The position numbers and the translations under genes were made by a program. Positions 57,839-64,000 of a stretch of 64,000 nucleotides of DNA are shown piece after piece. The stretch spans positions 139,364-203,363 of the forward strand of contig CAIOPG010000017.1 of NCBI GenBank assembly GCA_903860135.1. The letters are read 5' to 3'. Each line of letters starts with the position of its first letter. Within the stretch, counting starts at the first letter, position 1. The notes under the pieces are model-generated. The model was not told the origin of the DNA, searched no databases, and worked only from the letters and a program-made list of their open reading frames with translations. The DNA is from Candidatus Omnitrophota bacterium (GTDB lineage: Bacteria; Omnitrophota; Gorgyraeia; Zapsychrales; Fredricksoniimonadaceae).

Positions 57839-59055
57839 TGAAAAACCTCGATGATCTTGTGGAGCGCCCGGGCAAAGACATCAAGCTCTTCGCGTGTGTT
57901 ATAAAAAGCCAGCGATGCGCGCGCGGTCGCGGGCACCCCGAAACGTTTCATGATCGGCTGGGTGCAATGATGCCCGGTGCGGATCGCCACCCCTTCACGG
58001 TCAATGAGCGTCCCGATATCATGGGCGTGAATATCTTTCATCACAAAAGAAAATATGGGTGCCTTTTCCCTGGCCGTGCCGATCAGCCTTAACCCCGGGA
58101 CACCGACCAAAAGCTTGTTGCCATAGGCAAGCAATTCCTTCTTATACGCGCGCACCTCGTCCCAGCCGAGCGCCTTGACATAGGCAATAGCTTCACCCAA
58201 AGCAATCACGCCGGCGATATTGGGCGTGCCTGCCTCAAATTTATGCGGTAAACGGTTATAGATCGTCTTTTCAAAAGTGACGCTCAGGATCATGTCGCCG
58301 CCGCCCTGGTATGGCGGCATGGCTTCGAGCAGTTTCTCCTTGCCGTAGAGGACCCCCACCCCCGTCGGACCGTAAAGCTTGTGCCCCGAAAAAACCAGAA
58401 AATCGCAATCCCAGGCCTGCACATCAATGGGTTCATGGGAAACACCCTGGGCCGCATCGACCAGGACCAAAGCCCCGGCCGCGTGCGCGGCGGCTATAAT
58501 GTCGCTGACAGGATTGACCGTGCCGAGAGAATTCGACACATGGACAATAGAAACAAGCCTGGTCATCGGCGAAAGAAGCTTGCGGTAAGCCTCCATATTC
58601 AGCTCGCCTTGGTCATTGACCGGAATGACCTTGAGGATGCACCCCGTGGCCTCGCGGAGCATCTGCCAGGGGACAATATTGGCATGGTGCTCCATCTCGG
58701 AAAGGATCACCTCATCCCCGGCCTTGATGAACGTACGCCCATAACTGAACGCCACCAAATTGATAGCTTCGGTCGCGCCTTTGGTGAAAATGATCTCAAA
58801 ATTATTCCTGGCGTTGAGGAATGCCCGGACTTTCTCACGGCTGGACTCATACTGCGCGGTCGCTTCCTCGCTCAAATAATGGACGCCCCGATGAATATTG
58901 GCCGTGCGATGGCAGTAATGGGCATGCGTCGAAGCAATGACCTGGCACGGCTTGAACGTCGTGGCCGCATTGTCAAAATAAATGATCGGCTTTGCATCAC
59001 GGCCGCGGGTGGAAAGATTGGGGAAATCCTGGCGTATCTTCTGAATATCAAACAC
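57835..59055 (-). CDS. sufS: Cysteine desulfurase SufS (class V aminotransferase)
   Basis: The ORF-track N-terminal extension overlaps sufD; the likely start is GTG at 59053-59055 (VFDIQKIRQDFP...) after GGAGG. A PLP-enzyme core with the conserved C-terminal HHC motif (RTGHHCTQP). Confidence 0.8.
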   Translation of the reverse strand: MFDIQKIRQDFPNLSTRGRDAKPIIYFDNAATTFKPCQVIASTHAHYCHRTANIHRGVHYLSEEATAQYESSREKVRAFLNARNNFEIIFTKGATEAINLVAFSYGRTFIKAGDEVILSEMEHHANIVPWQMLREATGCILKVIPVNDQGELNMEAYRKLLSPMTRLVSIVHVSNSLGTVNPVSDIIAAAHAAGALVLVDAAQGVSHEPIDVQAWDCDFLVFSGHKLYGPTGVGVLYGKEKLLEAMPPYQGGGDMILSVTFEKTIYNRLPHKFEAGTPNIAGVIALGEAIAYVKALGWDEVRAYKKELLAYGNKLLVGVPGLRLIGTAREKAPIFSFVMKDIHAHDIGTLIDREGVAIRTGHHCTQPIMKRFGVPATARASLAFYNTREELDVFARALHKIIEVFQ

Positions 59056-59098
59056 GTGCCTATCCTCCCGGACAACGCTTGTCCGCCTTGATCTATCT

Positions 59099-59905
59099 TT
59101 ATAATAAGCCCAAACGCTGGCCGACTTCCGTACGCAGCCCGTCGTGCCTGATCTGCCCCAGTACATCCTGGAGAAAGCCGCGTACCAGTAAATCCACCGC
59201 CGCCGCCCGCGCAATTCCGCGCGCCTGCAGATAAAAGATCTGCTCCTCATCGATCTGGCCGATGGCCGCGCCATGCGAACATTTAACATCATCAGCGAAG
59301 ATCTCAAGCTGGGGCCTAGCTTCGACCCGTCCGGCCGCGCCAACAATCATATTCTTGCTCAACTGATAGGCCCGCGTCAGCTGGGCGTCACGGCGCACCA
59401 GGATGCGGCCCAGAAACCCCGAACACGCCTGATCACGCACAATGCTTTTGTAAAGCTGGTTGCTCGTCGTTGAAGGTGCCGCATGATCCACATGCGTATG
59501 GCTGTCGGCCCGCTCGCTGCCAGAAAGATCATGCAAGCCGTTAATAAAAGCTTCGGCGCCCTCACCCGCCATCGTCACACTCAAATCATCGCTGACCATC
59601 CGCCCGCCGTGCGTGACATAAAAAGAACGCAAGACACTGTCTTTGGCCTGCGTCACCACCAAACGGCTGGCGCATGAGCCACCGGGCCCCGCCTCGACCA
59701 CACGCACAAGCTCAAGCTTCGCGCCCTCCTCGAGGATGACCTCAACCGATGAATCGGACAAAATGCCGGCAACAACAGCCTCTGCCCCTGCCTCGACATG
59801 GATCACGGCCGAAGCGCCATGATCGACCAGGCGCACCACGGCCATCGGCATCGATCGGCGGGAGATACGGAACATCTGCTGCTTGTCAGTGCTTTCAACT
59901 GTCAT
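59099..59905 (-). CDS. sufD: Fe-S cluster assembly protein SufD (short form)
   Basis: 268 aa, a SufB/SufD-family beta-helix C-terminal region; lies between sufC and sufS. Confidence 0.7.
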   Translation of the reverse strand: MTVESTDKQQMFRISRRSMPMAVVRLVDHGASAVIHVEAGAEAVVAGILSDSSVEVILEEGAKLELVRVVEAGPGGSCASRLVVTQAKDSVLRSFYVTHGGRMVSDDLSVTMAGEGAEAFINGLHDLSGSERADSHTHVDHAAPSTTSNQLYKSIVRDQACSGFLGRILVRRDAQLTRAYQLSKNMIVGAAGRVEARPQLEIFADDVKCSHGAAIGQIDEEQIFYLQARGIARAAAVDLLVRGFLQDVLGQIRHDGLRTEVGQRLGLL

Positions 59906-59906
59906 A

Positions 59907-60659
<753 letters not shown>

Positions 60660-60688
60660 AAAACCCTTTCACCTGAAAAACAAGCCGC

Positions 60689-62152
60689 CTAACCGACGCT
60701 GTTCTCCAGTTTCATTTCAAGCAGCCTTACCGCTTCCACTGCGAATTCCAGCGGGAGGGTTCTAAAAACTTCCTTGCAAAACCCGTTAATCACCAGGGCT
60801 ACAGCTTCTTCCTTGTTCAACCCGCGGGACTGAAGGTAAAATATTTGTTCCGCGCTTATCCTCGACGTTGTGGCTTCATGCTCAACGGTGGCTGTATTAT
60901 TCTGGACCTGAATATCCGGGAACGTGTTGGCACTGCAATTGTTGCCAACCAGCATGGAATCGCACTGCGAAAAATTTCTGGCATGCGTCGCCCCGGGCAT
61001 GATCTTGACAAGCCCGCGGTAACTGTTGTGCGCCTGATCGGACGATATCCCTTTGGCGATGATCGTACTGCGCGTGTTCTTGCCGATATGGATCATCTTG
61101 GTGCCCGTGTCGGCATCCATGCGATTATTGGTGAGCGCCACCGAATAAAATTCACCGACCGAATCATCGCCCATCAGGATACAGCCGGGGTATTTCCAGG
61201 TGATCGCACTGCCGGCCTCAACCTGTGTCCACGCTATCTTCGACCGCACCCCCAGGCATTTACCGCGCTTGGTCACAAAGTTGTAAATGCCGCCCTTGCC
61301 ATTCTTGTCGCCGGCATACCAGTTCTGCACCGTCGAATATTTGATCTCGGCATCATCGAGCGCGATCAGCTCAACCACCGCCGCATGCAACTGGTTCTCA
61401 TCGCGCACCGGCGCGGTACAGCCCTCGAGGTAACTCACATAAGCCCCCTTGTCCGCAATGATAAGGGTGCGTTCAAACTGCCCGGTCCCCTTGGCATTGA
61501 TGCGAAAATATGTCGACAATTCTACAGGGCATCTCACCCCCGGCGGGATATAACAGAATGATCCATCCGTAAACACCGCCGCATTCAATGCCGCAAAGAA
61601 ATTGTCTCCGGCAGGGACGACACTCCCGAGATATTTTTCGATCAGGTCCGGGCGCGAGCGCACCGCCTCGGAGATCGGGCAGAAAATAATGCCCAGCTTC
61701 TCCAGGTCTTTCTGATGCGTTGTGCCGACAGAAACGCTATCGAAGACCGCATCCACCGCTACCCCGGCCAGCCGTTTTTGCTCGCCCAGAGGGATGCCAA
61801 GCTTTTCAAAAGTCTTCACAACCTCCTGATCCACTTCTTCCATGCTCGAAAGGCCGGCCTTCTTCTTCGGGGCAGAATAATAGCAAAGATCCTGATAATC
61901 GATCGGCGCATACTGAAAATTCGCCCAATGCGGCTCTTTCATCACCTGCCAGCGGCGATACGCCTCCAGACGACGGTTCAGCATGAACAGCGGTTCATTC
62001 TTTTTGGCGGAAATAAACGCAATGATGCCTTCATTCAGGCCTTTGGGTGCTGTGTCAGCATCGACATCCGTGATGAAGCCGTACTTGTAATCTCCGGCTC
62101 CCTTCACGTCAGCTGTTTCATCTTTAGTAGGGTGATCTGCCATAACGTCCAA
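60689..62152 (-). CDS. sufB: Fe-S cluster assembly scaffold SufB
   Basis: 487 aa, a canonical SufB (…[10 protein letters not shown]…). Confidence 0.9.
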   Translation of the reverse strand: MDVMADHPTKDETADVKGAGDYKYGFITDVDADTAPKGLNEGIIAFISAKKNEPLFMLNRRLEAYRRWQVMKEPHWANFQYAPIDYQDLCYYSAPKKKAGLSSMEEVDQEVVKTFEKLGIPLGEQKRLAGVAVDAVFDSVSVGTTHQKDLEKLGIIFCPISEAVRSRPDLIEKYLGSVVPAGDNFFAALNAAVFTDGSFCYIPPGVRCPVELSTYFRINAKGTGQFERTLIIADKGAYVSYLEGCTAPVRDENQLHAAVVELIALDDAEIKYSTVQNWYAGDKNGKGGIYNFVTKRGKCLGVRSKIAWTQVEAGSAITWKYPGCILMGDDSVGEFYSVALTNNRMDADTGTKMIHIGKNTRSTIIAKGISSDQAHNSYRGLVKIMPGATHARNFSQCDSMLVGNNCSANTFPDIQVQNNTATVEHEATTSRISAEQIFYLQSRGLNKEEAVALVINGFCKEVFRTLPLEFAVEAVRLLEMKLENSVG

Positions 62153-62160
62153 AGCCTGGC

Positions 62161-62712
62161 TCAGGCCATCTCCACCACAATGTCCGGGCTGTACTGATCC
62201 TTAAGGATATTCTGAATCGCAAACAATGTGCCCATGGCCGCATGCGGGCAGCAACCGCAAGCGCCCTGATAACTGATCGTCAGGGTATTGGCCTCCAAAG
62301 AAACAACCTCAAGATCTCCCCCATCACGTTGCAAGGCGGGGCGGATCGTTGAATCAAGGATGGCATTGATCCGCGCCAATTCACCCGACAGGGGAACACC
62401 ACCGCCGGCTTTGTTGACAGTAACATCGAAATCGGGGTTGTGCGACGGGATATTCTTCAGGATCACAGCCTTGACCTCTCGCTCCAGCTGATCCCAGTCC
62501 GACGCTCCTGCGCGGGTCACCGTAATGAACTTGCCTGAGAAATACAATTCCGAAACCCCCTCCAACGCCAGCAAACCAGCGGCCAGCGGTACTGCCGCCG
62601 CATCTGCCGGCGAACGAAAAATAGCACTATCGGTCATTTTAACCGGGACGCTCAGAACGAACTTCAACGCATCCGGATTCGGTGTCGGCTGGACAGTTAC
62701 AGCATATCCCAT
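62161..62712 (-). CDS. nfuA: Nfu/NifU-type Fe-S cluster carrier (Nfu_N plus NifU C-domain)
   Basis: 183 aa with an N-terminal Nfu_N-like scaffold domain and a C-terminal Cys-rich region (GACGCC). Confidence 0.6.
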   Translation of the reverse strand: MGYAVTVQPTPNPDALKFVLSVPVKMTDSAIFRSPADAAAVPLAAGLLALEGVSELYFSGKFITVTRAGASDWDQLEREVKAVILKNIPSHNPDFDVTVNKAGGGVPLSGELARINAILDSTIRPALQRDGGDLEVVSLEANTLTISYQGACGCCPHAAMGTLFAIQNILKDQYSPDIVVEMA

Positions 62713-62771
62713 ATCATCTCCTTAAATTATCAATCATTGAACAAGTATCATACCGCCGGAAACAGGTGGCG

Positions 62772-63968
62772 TCAAACAACGAATTCACGGCACACATACG
62801 CGGCAAACGGGAAGGCGCACGTGAACGCGGGCGAAACAGCGTTCAGGATATGGACCGAAATCTTATCCGCTTCGACCACAAAATCCTGCACCAAAGCCCG
62901 TCGGTGCCGATCGAGCAACTGGGCACGGATCCCGGGGCGCGTGAATTCTCCAAAACCATTGGGATCGATCGCAGGGATCAACTTCTGCGCCAGGCTGATA
63001 AAATACTTCCGTTCATACTTGCGCATTTCTTCAATGGCCAGGTCGCGAAACCCGAAATTGTTCCCCATAAAGAGTCGGGCCTCTTCGCACAGGATCTCGG
63101 CCATCTCGCCAGGATGGAACCGGTGCGTCAGGGCATAATTCTCTCGCCAGAAAGCCGGTATTGCTGTCGGCCCTATCTTGATCGTTCCGTCGACAGTTTT
63201 TGTAAAATGCACCCCCAGGAACGGGTTCTTCAAGTTCGGAACCGGATATACATTCATATGGACATCCGTCTTGTTCCTGGCGTATTTCAGATAAAGCCCC
63301 TTGAAAGGGATCATCGTATAGGCCTGGCCCAATCCATAATCATGCGCCACCCGGTCGGCATAAAGTCCGGCACAATTAATGATTTTCTTCCCGGCATACT
63401 CACCTTGATTCGTCATGACCGTCATCCCGCTGTGGCGCAGGAAACGTGCTTCAAACACAAATTCAACACCCGCGTTCATCAGGTCATCCTTGAGCGCGAC
63501 AAGGATATCCAGCGGATCAACACTCGCCGTGTCCGGCGAATAAAGCGCTTTCTTGTGCGTGAATATCCCCGGTTCATGCACGCGCGCCTCGGCGGCATCA
63601 ATCAGCGACACATTCGACCCGTTGCGCTGACCCCGCCGCTCCAGCTCTTGCAGTAAGGCAAGCTCCGCCGCATCCATGGCCACGACCAGCTTGCCGCAGA
63701 CGTTAACAGGGATTTTCTTGGCCTGGCAATAATCCTTGATAGCCCTTGCCCCCTGCACCGTAAAGCGCGCCTTCAGGCTGTCGGCTGTATAATAAAAACC
63801 GGCATGAAGGACGCCGCTATTTCGCCCGGAAGAATGTGCGCCGACATCCTCTTCCTTGTCGAGGATCAGGATGGAAGCCCCCGGCTGTGACTGCCGCAAT
63901 GCCCGCGCGATAGAAAGCCCCATGACCCCCGCGCCGATAATGATATAATTAAAAACTTTGGCTGGCAT
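62772..63968 (-). CDS. lhgO: FAD-dependent L-2-hydroxyglutarate oxidase/dehydrogenase
   Basis: 398 aa with an N-terminal FAD Rossmann motif (IIIGAGVMGLSIARAL); LhgO-family length and motifs. Confidence 0.65.
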   Translation of the reverse strand: MPAKVFNYIIIGAGVMGLSIARALRQSQPGASILILDKEEDVGAHSSGRNSGVLHAGFYYTADSLKARFTVQGARAIKDYCQAKKIPVNVCGKLVVAMDAAELALLQELERRGQRNGSNVSLIDAAEARVHEPGIFTHKKALYSPDTASVDPLDILVALKDDLMNAGVEFVFEARFLRHSGMTVMTNQGEYAGKKIINCAGLYADRVAHDYGLGQAYTMIPFKGLYLKYARNKTDVHMNVYPVPNLKNPFLGVHFTKTVDGTIKIGPTAIPAFWRENYALTHRFHPGEMAEILCEEARLFMGNNFGFRDLAIEEMRKYERKYFISLAQKLIPAIDPNGFGEFTRPGIRAQLLDRHRRALVQDFVVEADKISVHILNAVSPAFTCAFPFAAYVCREFVV

Positions 63969-64000
63969 ATATTGCTTTTGTCCTTTATCCGTTTATAATA

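Noticed and set aside
57835-59346. Long N-terminal extensions in the ORF track for sufS, and likewise for the radical SAM gene (to 32618), truB (to 15660), sod (to 38204), hppA (to 48471), pntAA (from 48621), pntAB (from 49760) and rbfA (to 16978).
   Set aside because: Each extension is Arg-rich low-complexity sequence that overlaps the upstream gene. A downstream in-frame start with a good Shine-Dalgarno matches the conserved N-terminus of the family, so the shorter coordinates were used.

Overview
64 kb from a moderately high-GC bacterium with diderm-type features, almost entirely coding and mostly on the minus strand. The window holds a complete division/cell-wall cluster (mraZ, a small unknown gene, rsmH, ftsL, ftsI, murE, murF, mraY, murD, ftsW, murG; murG is cut by the window edge) with a recognisable Pmra promoter and MraZ-type operator repeats. 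Other housekeeping blocks are ribF-truB-nrnA-rbfA, serS, fdx-ilvBN, ssb, sod, xseAB-xth, exbBD, a membrane H+-pyrophosphatase, a three-gene pntAA-pntAB-pntB transhydrogenase, and a nfu-sufBCDSU Fe-S operon with lhgO. The striking content is four very large, signal-peptide-bearing paralogous proteins arranged as two tandem pairs (17.0-24.3 kb and 51.5-57.3 kb). Each has a ~330-aa conserved N-terminal domain I cannot assign to a family and a ~60-aa conserved C-terminal tail, wrapped around a different enzyme: GH13 alpha-amylase-family, GH77 4-alpha-glucanotransferase, GT9-like glycosyltransferase with a large unknown region, and a HAD phosphatase. The enzyme cores are markedly more AT-rich than the conserved caps. 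Other noteworthy items are a perfect (TC)18 dinucleotide repeat inside the signal peptide of a DUF1566/Lcl-type secreted protein, an ~83-nt repeat present twice downstream of secreted-protein genes, a decayed AT-rich toxin-antitoxin islet next to the dcw promoter, an unannotated histone-H1-like KAKK micro-ORF, and a small zinc-ribbon ORF that appears frameshifted. No rRNA, tRNA or CRISPR was detected.
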